A DNA stretch of 64,000 nt from positions 594,165 through 658,164 of the forward strand of contig JAVZHQ010000001.1 of assembly GCA_038998335.1 (NCBI GenBank), in the 5' to 3' direction. Source of the stretch: Candidatus Aenigmatarchaeota archaeon. GTDB taxonomy: Archaea; Aenigmatarchaeota; Aenigmatarchaeia; CG10238-14; SCSR01. The notes beneath the pieces are model-generated. The model saw only the letters and a list, made by a program, of their open reading frames with translations, was not told the origin of the DNA and made no database searches. Below, piece by piece: positions 25,301 through 33,842 of this stretch; the stretch's first letter is position 1, and each line of letters begins with the position of its first letter. The translations under genes and the position numbers were made by a program.

Positions 25301-28263
25301 TTACTGTTGCTTCCCATCCTTTGATTAATGTAAGTGAAGAAATAATTTATGGAATTGTGCCAGACGCTACTGAGCAAACCGTTGGTAACTTTACTATCCT
25401 TTCGATAGGAAATGATAAGTTGGAAAATGTAAGTTTTAGTTGTTATTCTGGAATAGTATGCAGTGATTTTTTTGTTGAGTTCATTCCAAGCAATGTTTCT
25501 AGTATTCCAGCTGGTTCTAATTATAGTGTGGCTATAAATGTTTCTGTACCTTTAGGATATGCTACTGGAACTTATACTGGAATTGTAAATGCTTCTTCTG
25601 GAAATGATGGGTTCGATAGTTTTGAAGTAGAAATTTTCGTTCCGATAAACAGAACTTGGACTATATTCCCAGAGTATTGTCAAAGAGCAGAAACTCCTGA
25701 GTATGGAGTAGCTTGCGAAGTAAACGTTTCGAACCTTGGAAACACTTACATAAACTTTAGTGTTTATCCTGAAGAAGGAAATTACACAAAAGTAAATGAA
25801 ACTTATTTCTCTATAGAAAGACAAAGCTGGCATGTTTTCTCTATAACTTATAATGTTACTGGAGTTCCCATGGGAATTTACAACTCTACTTTTATAATAG
25901 ACGCTATAGAAGAAGCAAACCCTGATAATAAAACTTTAACTGTTACGCTACTTCCTTACGTTGAGCCAATAATAAACATAAGCATAATTCCAAACACTAC
26001 TGAGCAATTCTCTCCCATAGAAATTTTTGCAAACATTACTGATAAATCAAACACAGGAATTGCCTGGGCAAGAGTTAACATTACTCAGCCTAATGCTACT
26101 CTACAAACTTTTGAAATGGAAAAAATTTATGAAAGCGGAAACCTTTCAACTTGGTATTTAAAGTATGAGGCTGAAAATACGAGCTTGCAAGGAAGGTATA
26201 ATATTACTGTTTTTGCAAGGGATAATGTTGGCAATACAGGAGAGAAAAACTCTTCTTTCATAATATTTGCAAAGTTAAGCATTTCAGTTTCAACGCTTTC
26301 AGAAAAGTATTACCAAGGTGATACTGGTTCAATATATTATTCTGTGAGAGATGCTAGCAATCAACCTTTAGCAAAAGTTAACGTAACTTTCAGGATAGAA
26401 GATTCAAACAAAAATCTAACGTTTAAAGCAAGCTATTTAACTAACGAAGACGGAATGATTTATCCTTTGCCAAGCTTTACTCTTCCTTCTGATTCTCCTT
26501 TAGGAGTTTATACTCTAATTTCAGACTCAGAATATGTTGATGAAGAATCAGGAACTGTTTCCAGAGTTCAAAGGAATAGTAGCTTCCAAGTTCTTTCAAG
26601 AACAGTCACTGTTACTGGTTTGTTTGCTGATGTAGAAACTGCTGTTGTTTGGTATCCTGAAAACATAATGAAGTTCGGGATTCTTGTTTATAATGGCGAA
26701 GGCAAACCTGTTGACCCTACTTCGATGAATTTAACAGTTTATGATCCTGCAGGCAACTTATACTTTTCTTCTTCTCTTTCACAAATGTCTAGACAAGCTA
26801 CAGGCTTTTACACTTACAGCTATGCCATGCCTGCTAATACTCCTAGCGGAATGTACTTAGCAGTCTTGAACGCAACTCAAAACGAGTTTCAAACAATGAA
26901 GCTTAAGGCTTTTAGAGTAGCAAGAGGTGGACCTTATGACTTGTGGCTAGAGCTTTTTGAACATGAAGTGATGCAAGGCGATTACTTAGATTTTGCAGTA
27001 ACTATTGAAAATAAAGGCGAAGTTTCACAAGATGTTTATCTTGAATGGTGGGTTTCTTCTGAGAATAAAACTTACTATTCAAGCTCTGGTTGGGTTTATA
27101 CCCCTGCTCATTCAAACCAAACAGTAACTCAGCAAGCTTATATTTTCACTTCACAGCCAGTTGGAACTTACGAGCTAAACGTAAAGATGACTTACGATAC
27201 TGTTCAACCTCCTTTAATAGTAAGCGAAACTTTTATCGTTACAGTTAAAGAGCTAATCCTGCCAAACATAACTTATCCTAACATAACTTATCCTATATAC
27301 ATTCCATCTTATCCTGTAGTAACTCCTGCTCCTGTAGCAATACCAACACCCACAGCAGTTTTGCCCGCAAGTATTTCTATAATAAACTATAATAGCAACA
27401 TAAGCCTAGTAAGGGGAACTAAAAAGACTGAAAGCGTTACTGTAAAAAACACAGGAATAGCTGATTTAGCAAACGTAACTGTTTTTCTTGTAGGAATTCC
27501 AACAACTTGGTTTACTGTTGTCCCAGACTTTGTTAGTGTTTTACCACCAGAAAACTCTTCAGTATTCTTAATCAACTTTGACGTTCCGAAAAATGCTTTG
27601 CCAGGAGAGTACAGAGTAATATTAACTGCAGTTTCTGGAGTGGTAAGCGATCAAAAAACAATAACCATAACAGTTTACGAATCCTTAGAAGAGCTGCTTA
27701 AGGCTGAGATAGAAAAGCTGAAGGAAGATGTAAAAGCTCTAGAAAGAGAAATAAGTATAGCAGAAAAAGAAGGAAAAAATGTTAGTAGCGTTTTGGTTTA
27801 TCTTGAAGAAATAAAAACACAAATAGATCAAGCAGAAATAAACCTTGCGAACAACAGAACAGAAGAAGCAATTGAAAATATAGCAACAGCAAAAGGTTTG
27901 ATAGAAAAAGCTAGAGAAATACTCCTTAGGTTAAAACCTCCTGTTGTTGAAGTTTTTGTCTTGCCTTACTGGCTCATCTTGCTAATAGCTGTAATAATAG
28001 CTTGCCTAATAATAGCGATAATCTTGATAAGAAAGAAAGGGATGCCGAGCATAAGGATTAAACCTGCTTTGCCTGCCTTGCCCAAAAAAGTTGAAAAAGT
28101 TGAGGCTAAGGAAGAACTTGTAAGAGAAAAAGAAAAGCTCTTGAGAACTCTAGAAATTCTTGAAAAGGAAAGAAAAGAAGGGATAATAAGCCTTGCTTCC
28201 TATACTGAAATGAAAAAGAGTATAGAGGAAAGACTACAAAAAATAGAGAAAAAGCTCAAGTAG
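22399..28263 (+). CDS. Second giant surface protein (1,954 aa): N-terminal anchor, DUF2341-like domain, repeated beta-sandwich modules, Pro-rich linker, coiled coil, C-terminal TM and cytoplasmic SHOCT-like tail
   Basis: N-terminal hydrophobic segment. WWNISWHYRVRLEVNTSSFERKNWPVEYKINF...IFFVYYD resembles DUF2341 (from memory). N-x-S/T is dense. Linker NITYPNITYPIYIPSYPVVTPAPVAIPTPTA. TM VFVLPYWLILLIAVIIACLIIAIILI then RKKG. Tail EGIISLASYTEMKKSIEERLQKIEKKL. Confidence 0.9.
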   Translation: MEKRIFYALLLALPLIFSILYFSGFLKLTGFFVGFGQPASEFKWWNISWHYRVRLEVNTSSFERKNWPVEYKINFTDLLPYGSFDENSTRVIEYSQEGELLGEVPSQFEKDDDFNSENNALGTLVFFLNGSNPANTKRIFFVYYDILENGPKEKREYPSSISYFWDGEELNVNASGLSYWIDTLRGENTSGLYRVRGIASQQDIWSIPDETKRTIEYSQYSNGSNNLSFDFKHNMSLKFSGPVRLVFEQKGYETLWNSEERTNEGFMIKRYYFYDFGLDEEKWIKIETIFKNLASYEIERNSTFAGALGLDASRAFGSSWQSAFGNTSYPGWWYASDFYSSFHTGIIHFNRSVENFFIQNSSSKDRIGIELNLTSIPPGSSISTIAILHFNDTSGDYTQVRELRNKIENPEIIIQFLPEAWYVEIIPSTNFSIYNRNESILIKANISLGDPYNLTKFINATLDMGTSSEADDQTIILYDDGSHEDEVANDKVFTNSFVLPNNAQVGIWTINFTAYSEDLKFLNSTLLSFNVTDVLNVSVVVLNKKPMVNSLVVANVYVKNYRQDSWIAGAEINCTYDSSEVLNKTDYNNGTYSVNFTAPSEEGVYYLFCNATKNGNFGNNSDSFTTEPGKTNLTITAEPSNPIVYNITLYRNQSFAILANATNYGNGTAYSTNISLELLNGWTANSTLEECGDIEKQTFCLKSFNITVPNATPPGDYYINVSVAWRNPDTTISINKTEVKVTVASNPLINISEEKVSGEAGDGIWNLIGNFTILSIGNDKLENISFSCYFGRVCSDFEVEFIPSNVSVIPAGSNYSVAINVSVPLGYPNGTYTGIVNVSSENDGFDSFEIEINIPPKTTVNVSTSIANYTAKNITQKDNETFSFETSATNIGKTSARSLNLSLELPTSWKANLTFESCNNLTKDESCLKSFSITVPNATPPGDYYINVTANWTNLDNSIGTNKTSLRVTVASHPLINVSEEIIYGIVPDATEQTVGNFTILSIGNDKLENVSFSCYSGIVCSDFFVEFIPSNVSSIPAGSNYSVAINVSVPLGYATGTYTGIVNASSGNDGFDSFEVEIFVPINRTWTIFPEYCQRAETPEYGVACEVNVSNLGNTYINFSVYPEEGNYTKVNETYFSIERQSWHVFSITYNVTGVPMGIYNSTFIIDAIEEANPDNKTLTVTLLPYVEPIINISIIPNTTEQFSPIEIFANITDKSNTGIAWARVNITQPNATLQTFEMEKIYESGNLSTWYLKYEAENTSLQGRYNITVFARDNVGNTGEKNSSFIIFAKLSISVSTLSEKYYQGDTGSIYYSVRDASNQPLAKVNVTFRIEDSNKNLTFKASYLTNEDGMIYPLPSFTLPSDSPLGVYTLISDSEYVDEESGTVSRVQRNSSFQVLSRTVTVTGLFADVETAVVWYPENIMKFGILVYNGEGKPVDPTSMNLTVYDPAGNLYFSSSLSQMSRQATGFYTYSYAMPANTPSGMYLAVLNATQNEFQTMKLKAFRVARGGPYDLWLELFEHEVMQGDYLDFAVTIENKGEVSQDVYLEWWVSSENKTYYSSSGWVYTPAHSNQTVTQQAYIFTSQPVGTYELNVKMTYDTVQPPLIVSETFIVTVKELILPNITYPNITYPIYIPSYPVVTPAPVAIPTPTAVLPASISIINYNSNISLVRGTKKTESVTVKNTGIADLANVTVFLVGIPTTWFTVVPDFVSVLPPENSSVFLINFDVPKNALPGEYRVILTAVSGVVSDQKTITITVYESLEELLKAEIEKLKEDVKALEREISIAEKEGKNVSSVLVYLEEIKTQIDQAEINLANNRTEEAIENIATAKGLIEKAREILLRLKPPVVEVFVLPYWLILLIAVIIACLIIAIILIRKKGMPSIRIKPALPALPKKVEKVEAKEELVREKEKLLRTLEILEKERKEGIISLASYTEMKKSIEERLQKIEKKLK
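24289..25650 (+). repeat. In-frame tandem duplication, 2 x 681 bp (227 aa) inside giant protein 2
   Basis: AAAATCTTTT..CATTACTGTTCCTAATGCTACGCCTCCTGGAGATTATTATATAAACGTTA occurs at 24501 and 25182 (offset 681). There are further long identical blocks (GGAAATGATAA., CCAGCTGGTTCTAATTATAGTGT., GGAATTGTAAATG.) separated by diverged stretches. Confidence 0.9.
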
Positions 28264-30550
28264 GTTCCTTTTCAACTCTTTCTATCAAATCATTAAAAGC
28301 TTGAATAGGGCTTTCTTTTCTCCTTCTTATTTCCATCTTTATGTCCGAAAGCAAGTTTTTAATCCTTTCTCTTTCTTTAACTCTTTTCTTTGTTTTTTTA
28401 AGTACAAAAGCAAGAGAAACACAAAAAACAGCAAAAATCGAAAGGTAGATTAAATCAGATTTTGTTAAAGGTAGCTCAGGTAAGCTGAAAGCAGCAGAAG
28501 GCATGCTTATGCTTTGAGTTGCATTTTCGCTTACGATCGTTAAACCAAAAACTTCTTCCTTAGAAAAATCTTCTGAAAAGATTTTGAAAGTTAGGCTTAA
28601 AGTTTCTTCTTTTGCATCGCTTGGAATAGTAAAAATAACTGGTAAGTCAAGCTTTTCTCCTACTTCAATTTTATCTACTCTTTCCTGAACCTTAAAGTAG
28701 CTTTCTGGTAAACCTGTTATGCTTATAGATAAGTTTAGAATTTGTGTTTGACCTGTGTTTATTAAAGAGAAAATTATTGTTCTGTTTTCTCCTTTTAAAA
28801 TTCTTATAGTGTCTGGAACTACCAAAGAAACTTCTCTTTTTTTAACAACTTGGAAAGCTAAGGATTTGTTTGAGCTTATGTAGGAACCTTTCTCAGCACT
28901 TATTAGAACTTTATAAGTTCCTTCACTTTCTGGAGCAAAAAACTCAAAGTAAAATATTCCAGAAGAATCAGAATAAGTTGAAACGTTAAGCCCAAAATCT
29001 GAGCTAGCTTTTATTAAAGCGTTTGGAACTAAGCTATTAGTTTCATCTTTAACCAAACCCCTAACCTTAACGATTTCTTTTAGTGTGTAAGAGCTTTTTT
29101 CAAAGGAAAAGTCTAAAACTAAGGATTTTCTTGTTCCTATCGCATAAGCTGATAAGCTTTTTGTTTCTATCGTAACTAAATTACTCACTGCATCTATAGT
29201 TGCAACTTCTTTTTTCCATTCTGAGTTGCAAAACTTGTTCGAAGGGTTAAAATCACTACACTTATAAACAACTAAATCTTTCTCGTTAGAAACTTTTCTT
29301 TCGTCATATCTCATTGAAATTTTAGCACTTGAATAAGGAAGCTTAAACTCAAAGACAAAAAGTCCTGCAACTCTTATTCCCTCAACATCACTATCAAAGA
29401 AATAATACTTTATAGGATCTTCAAAACTGCTGATAGTTACGTTATAAAGATAAAGAGTTGCCTGAGGAAAGCTTATTTGCAAATTATAATTCCCAGGAAC
29501 TAAAAAACCAGAATAAGAGCCTGAAGAATCGGTAACAAACTTTCTTTCTTGTCCATCTTTAAAAAACTTTATTTCAGTAGAGATTCCTTGATTGTTAAGG
29601 TCAGCAATTTTTCCAGAAGCTTGGAAAACATAAGCTATTGTTTTTTTCTGTGCTACAGAATAATTTTTATAGTTCATAGTAACTAATAAATCATACTCTC
29701 CCGGACTTAGCTCAGGAGCTTGAAATTCTAGTTTAAAAGCACTTCCTGAAGAGTATAAGTTTATCTTATCTTTTTCTATTTCTTCTGAACCTACTTTAAT
29801 CGATAAATAATCTTTCGTTAATAAAACTGGCTCACCTCTTTCTAAAGCAGAAATTGTTAGGCTGATCGTATCTCCTGCTTTAACTTCTTTCTTATCTAAG
29901 GATAAACTTAGCTCTAAGGGTTGTTTAACTTCAAAAGTTTTTCCAAGCTTTATTTGTTTGATTTCATAGCCTTGAACAGAAACATTAGCTAAAACTTCAA
30001 GGTTGTAGGTTCCTAAAGCTTTAGGAACCTCTAAAAGCAAGGTGTAGAAAGGAGAAGAATAGTACCAACCTTTCAAGTTTATTGGCTTGGTAGAAAAGCT
30101 AACTTGATTCTCGCTTAAAGGCGAACCATCTTTTTTAACCGAAAGAACAAGGGTTGCTATTTCATCTCCCAAATAACCCTGGCTTAAAGACTCTATTTTT
30201 GCCTCAAGATTAGAGACATAAAAATTGTAAAGGCTTGAGAATTCTCCAGAAGAATTTTTGCAAGTTAGGTTAAGAGTGTAGAGAGAGGGTTTCGGAGCTA
30301 TTTCAAAAAAATAACTTGGAATTTCTGCTTTGAAAAGATTTTCCTTTGTGAAAGTAAAATCCATTTTTACAGGTTCTTCTATTCTTCCTGAAACCTGCGA
30401 AGCATCACTACAGTTAACTAAAATTTCAATTTTTTCACATTCGTTATATAAACAAAAAACATTCTCTGGATTGAGCTTTACTTCAAAGGCATAAGCTTTG
30501 CTTAGAATAAAGAAGAAAGCTAAAGCTGAAATTAGGAAGAGCTTTTTCAT
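28256..30550 (-). CDS. Secreted surface protein with carboxypeptidase-regulatory-like beta-sandwich domains and C-terminal TM anchor
   Basis: The likely start MKKLFLISALAFFFILSKAYA (signal peptide) forms an ATGA overlap with the upstream MinD-like gene. CarboxypepD_reg-like segments include GKIADLNNQGISTEIKFFKDGQERKFVTDSSGSYSGFLVPGNYNL. C-terminal TM LIYLSIFAVFCVSLAFVL plus KKTKKR. Confidence 0.8.
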   Translation of the reverse strand: MKKLFLISALAFFFILSKAYAFEVKLNPENVFCLYNECEKIEILVNCSDASQVSGRIEEPVKMDFTFTKENLFKAEIPSYFFEIAPKPSLYTLNLTCKNSSGEFSSLYNFYVSNLEAKIESLSQGYLGDEIATLVLSVKKDGSPLSENQVSFSTKPINLKGWYYSSPFYTLLLEVPKALGTYNLEVLANVSVQGYEIKQIKLGKTFEVKQPLELSLSLDKKEVKAGDTISLTISALERGEPVLLTKDYLSIKVGSEEIEKDKINLYSSGSAFKLEFQAPELSPGEYDLLVTMNYKNYSVAQKKTIAYVFQASGKIADLNNQGISTEIKFFKDGQERKFVTDSSGSYSGFLVPGNYNLQISFPQATLYLYNVTISSFEDPIKYYFFDSDVEGIRVAGLFVFEFKLPYSSAKISMRYDERKVSNEKDLVVYKCSDFNPSNKFCNSEWKKEVATIDAVSNLVTIETKSLSAYAIGTRKSLVLDFSFEKSSYTLKEIVKVRGLVKDETNSLVPNALIKASSDFGLNVSTYSDSSGIFYFEFFAPESEGTYKVLISAEKGSYISSNKSLAFQVVKKREVSLVVPDTIRILKGENRTIIFSLINTGQTQILNLSISITGLPESYFKVQERVDKIEVGEKLDLPVIFTIPSDAKEETLSLTFKIFSEDFSKEEVFGLTIVSENATQSISMPSAAFSLPELPLTKSDLIYLSIFAVFCVSLAFVLKKTKKRVKERERIKNLLSDIKMEIRRRKESPIQAFNDLIERVEKEPT

Positions 30551-31494
30551 CTTCTTAACCCCCAAAAAATGCTTTTAACTCTTTCTGAAAACGAGGAAGA
30601 ATACCTAAAACCTAGAAGCTTTGCAGCTATTTTCTTGAATTCTAGTGAAGATTTAGAGTAAGGGTTAAGGAAAAAAGCTGGAAACTGCTTGTGAATGCTT
30701 TTCCTTATCGTTTTATCCTCTGGTACAACTCCAAGAACAGGCAATTCACAAGCGCTTTCGATTTCCTTATAGTTTAGCTGCTCCTTCTCTTTTCTATACC
30801 GATTGACTATTATTCCTAAAGGTTTAGCACCAACTTCCTTACAAATCTCTATTGTTTTTATGGCATCTATAACAGAAGGAAGCTCGGGCAAAGTTACTAC
30901 TATCACTTCCTTACAAGCTTTTATTACTTCAACGCTATTCGAATCCAAACCAGGAGGAGAATCCACTAATACAATAGAATTTTCAAAAAAGTTTGAGCTC
31001 AAGACTTTTGAAAGATTGGAAATTTTTGTCTCTTCAAGGGAAAGAGAGGCAGGAATTATTCTTAAACCTGAAGGATGGATGTAAACTGCGCTGAGTATAT
31101 CTGCATTATCGTTTAAAACATCGTTAAGCGTTGTAGAGAAATAGTACATGCCAAGTTGCAAACCTAAGCCAGACATTTTTACGTCAGAGTCCAAAGCTAT
31201 AACATCTTTTCCAAAACTCATTAGGGCGCAAGCCAAGTTTATTGTAACTACAGTTTTGCCTACTCCTCCTTTTCCAGAAATTATCCCTATTGCTTTTGAG
31301 CTTTTTTCTTGCTTTAGAGTGTAAACGTTTGATTTCCCAACAACAAAAAGGTTGAGCTTACCTTGCTGCCTTAAGCTTTCTAGGTAGCCTGAAGCTTTGT
31401 CTTTGCTTATTCCTAGAGAATTTGCTACTTGCGTTACTGACATCAAACTTGAACTTAATAAAGATAGAATTCTTCTTTCGATATTCTCTTCCAC
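30547..31494 (-). CDS. Winged-HTH fused to MinD/ParA-type P-loop ATPase
   Basis: N-terminal LSLLSSSLMSVTQVANSLGISKDKASGYLESLRQQGKL (wHTH-like). Then the deviant Walker A GIISGKGGVGKTVVTINLA and Walker B-like IVLVDSPPG. Confidence 0.85.
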   Translation of the reverse strand: MEENIERRILSLLSSSLMSVTQVANSLGISKDKASGYLESLRQQGKLNLFVVGKSNVYTLKQEKSSKAIGIISGKGGVGKTVVTINLACALMSFGKDVIALDSDVKMSGLGLQLGMYYFSTTLNDVLNDNADILSAVYIHPSGLRIIPASLSLEETKISNLSKVLSSNFFENSIVLVDSPPGLDSNSVEVIKACKEVIVVTLPELPSVIDAIKTIEICKEVGAKPLGIIVNRYRKEKEQLNYKEIESACELPVLGVVPEDKTIRKSIHKQFPAFFLNPYSKSSLEFKKIAAKLLGFRYSSSFSERVKSIFWGLRR

Positions 31495-31568
31495 AATTAT
31501 AATTTGTTTTTTTGCAATATTATTTCTTTCACATGTCAGCCATATAGCAAGAAAAAATCTTCATATAG

Positions 31569-32306
31569 CTAAAGGTTAAGGACAACGCTAAGCTTGTCTG
31601 TTAAGAGGTGAAGATACTTAAGCAAACCTTCCTCCTTTTCTAAATAAAATGAGTTTGAGTAATAGTAGTTTCCATCCTCGCTAACTATTTCCAATTTAAT
31701 CTCATGTGGGAACCAAACTTGGTAGCTAAAGGGAATAACAACTTCTGTGTTCTTGTTTTCCTTGATTTCAAGCTTCTTTTGCTCAAAAACCCATCCTGGT
31801 AAGAAGTTGCTAGGAATAACGAAAACTTTTAGCGATTTGTTAGCTTTAACTTCAAACCTTATGTAATTATCGTAAACCCTGAAGTTCTTTACTTGAAAAA
31901 TGTTTTCAGGTTTTTTCTGGTTTTCCAAGGTTATGTTTAAATATTTTTCAAGCATTTCGTTCGCGTAGTAGACCCTTAACCTTAAAGTTAGATTTTCTGT
32001 TTTTGGAGAATAGTAAAATAGTTCAAAATTTTTCGCTTCACCTGGCATTAAGGTTTCCTCTTTGCTCCAGCCAGTAAAAAGAATTTCACTAGAGTTTAAA
32101 ACGTCAAGCCTGGCTCTTGCTTTGTAGGCAACGCTTCCTGTGTTAAAAAATTCTAGGTTGAGCTTTAAAATTCCGTCCTTAGCTTCAGAAAAAATTGCGG
32201 TAAAATTTCCTTTGAGTTCAGGCTTAATCCCAACTTTTAAAATAGATGCTGAGCTTAGGAAGAAAAATAAAAGAAAAACGACTAAGAGTAAAATAAGCGA
32301 TTTCAT
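31569..32306 (-). CDS. Secreted beta-sandwich protein with FxNTGSV (CARDB-like) domain
   Basis: Signal peptide MKSLILLLVVFLLFFFLSSAS. LNLEFFNTGSVAYKARARLDV...PGEAKNFELFYY is paralogous to domains in ORFs 32800..33768 and 34803..36062. Confidence 0.7.
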   Translation of the reverse strand: MKSLILLLVVFLLFFFLSSASILKVGIKPELKGNFTAIFSEAKDGILKLNLEFFNTGSVAYKARARLDVLNSSEILFTGWSKEETLMPGEAKNFELFYYSPKTENLTLRLRVYYANEMLEKYLNITLENQKKPENIFQVKNFRVYDNYIRFEVKANKSLKVFVIPSNFLPGWVFEQKKLEIKENKNTEVVIPFSYQVWFPHEIKLEIVSEDGNYYYSNSFYLEKEEGLLKYLHLLTDKLSVVLNL

Positions 32307-32309
32307 TTT

Positions 32310-32810
32310 TCACACCAAGCTTTCAAGAAAACTTAAGTTTGGCTTCCTAACTATAACATCTATCTGCCCTGAATAATTCCCTATTCTTGAAACTTTTGAA
32401 GTGTTAAGAAAAACTACTATCGTTTCAGACTGGTTTGAGTAGAGAATAAAATTGTCTTTGCTAAAGCTAACAAAAGGTTTGATCTCGCCGTAAACTTTAA
32501 AATAAACTCTTACTCTACTTTTTTCAAAGTTTGAGATAACAACTTGCCTTCTTCCGTAACCTGATAAAGGAATTATCCCAAAGTTAAGGTTCCATGGATC
32601 TGCAACTAAACCTACTGTTATGTTTTTTTCCTCAAAAGGAATTATCTCTACTCTTAAAGGATAGCTTGTTACTTCAAAAGTGAAGAAAAAGTTTGAAGAT
32701 TTTTGAAAGCTCATGTTTTCTACTAAGCTTTTTGGTTCAGAGTACCCTGGAAATAAAGCCATAAGCACTGCTAGAAAAATTAAAAACAAGATAAAAATTT
32801 TACTCTTCAT
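32310..32810 (-). CDS. Small secreted Ig/PapD-like beta-sandwich protein
   Basis: Signal peptide MKSKIFILFLIFLAVLMALF. NLNFGIIPLSGYGRRQVVISNFEKSRVRVYFKVYG...FILYSNQSETIVVFLNTSKVSRIGNYSGQIDVIV follows the alternating pattern typical of ASH/MSP/PapD-like sandwiches (fold guess only). Confidence 0.6.
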   Translation of the reverse strand: MKSKIFILFLIFLAVLMALFPGYSEPKSLVENMSFQKSSNFFFTFEVTSYPLRVEIIPFEEKNITVGLVADPWNLNFGIIPLSGYGRRQVVISNFEKSRVRVYFKVYGEIKPFVSFSKDNFILYSNQSETIVVFLNTSKVSRIGNYSGQIDVIVRKPNLSFLESLV

Positions 32811-33768
32811 GCCAAAACCTGTAAGCAATTATTATGATAATAATTATTGCTGCAATAAGTATTAAAAGCCAGAATGGAAACTCGAAAGGTTTTTCAGGTT
32901 TAACTAAAGCTAAGGTAGGAAGAATTTTTATCGTTGAGTTTTTCTCCACGCTACCTGAAAGATAATTAACTCTTGCGTAAATTTTGTATTCTCCTTCTTT
33001 TATTCCATCTAAAGGTAAAAAAGCAGCCAAAACCTTTTTCTCCTTAGGCTTAACCTTTTCTTGGGAAGAAGATAAAGTTTTAACTAAGTTTCCTTGAGAA
33101 TCAAAAATTTTTATTTCTTCTGCTCTTGCTGAAATCGTTACTGTTCCTGTGTTGAGAAAATGTATTAATAGCTGCAAGCTATTTCCTGAGTAGCTTCCTG
33201 TTGTTATGTCTAAAATTTTGCCTTCTCTTATAGCAGTGCCAGGAATTTTAAAAAGGATAATAACAGGAGTTATGGTTGCTATTCCTATTCCTACTTGACC
33301 AAAAGAAGATTGTGGCAAGCTAGGTTTAGGAGCTATTTCAACCAGATGATAGCCAGGTTCTGCGTTTTCTGGAACGTTTAGCAAAAAGTTTATTTCTCTC
33401 CAACCTTTTATTGCTCCGCCAAAAGTTGGTAGTTCGCCGGAAGGCTTAAGCTCAACAGGATTTGAAAAAGTTTGAACCCATGAAGAAGTTTGTTCTTCAG
33501 AATAGTTAAAAATATAGCTTTGATAACTTGGTGTGTTAAAAAAATCTATTAAAGGTTGGGAAGGTTGAAGGTAAACTACTATGGTTTCGTCTGAGGGAGA
33601 AACTATAAAAAAACTTACTGGTTTTGATGAGCCTTTTTGAAGCTCTCCTAAATCGATAAAAGAAGGTGAAACTCCTACTGAAAAATCTTTTGCGTAAGCT
33701 GAAGATAAAAGGATTAGGCAAAAGATTGAAACCATAAGTTTTTTCATATTATTAATTTGAAGTTTCAA
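32800..33768 (-). CDS. Secreted two-domain beta-sandwich protein with C-terminal TM anchor
   Basis: Signal peptide MKKLMVSIFCLILLSSAYA. Second domain LLIHFLNTGTVTISARAEEIKIFD...KEGEYKIYARVNY. C-terminus PFEFPFWLLILIAAIIIIIIIAYRFWHEE. Confidence 0.75.
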   Translation of the reverse strand: MKLQINNMKKLMVSIFCLILLSSAYAKDFSVGVSPSFIDLGELQKGSSKPVSFFIVSPSDETIVVYLQPSQPLIDFFNTPSYQSYIFNYSEEQTSSWVQTFSNPVELKPSGELPTFGGAIKGWREINFLLNVPENAEPGYHLVEIAPKPSLPQSSFGQVGIGIATITPVIILFKIPGTAIREGKILDITTGSYSGNSLQLLIHFLNTGTVTISARAEEIKIFDSQGNLVKTLSSSQEKVKPKEKKVLAAFLPLDGIKEGEYKIYARVNYLSGSVEKNSTIKILPTLALVKPEKPFEFPFWLLILIAAIIIIIIIAYRFWHEE

Positions 33769-33842
33769 AATTTTATTCTTAAAAAATTATCTTTAATATT
33801 TAACAATAATGTTTAAATATCAAGGTAAACAAAATTTTATAT

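Noticed and set aside
2-28263. Periodic repeats in the giant genes considered as a possible CRISPR-like or satellite array
   Set aside because: The repeat periods are 681 bp and about 1 kb, in frame and coding, with no short conserved repeat and unique spacer structure. No cas genes are present.
22399-28263. Diversity-generating retroelement targeting the variable loops of the duplicated modules
   Set aside because: No reverse transcriptase gene or template-repeat/variable-repeat pair with adenine-specific mismatches is visible in the window. The differences between copies are not adenine-biased by eye.
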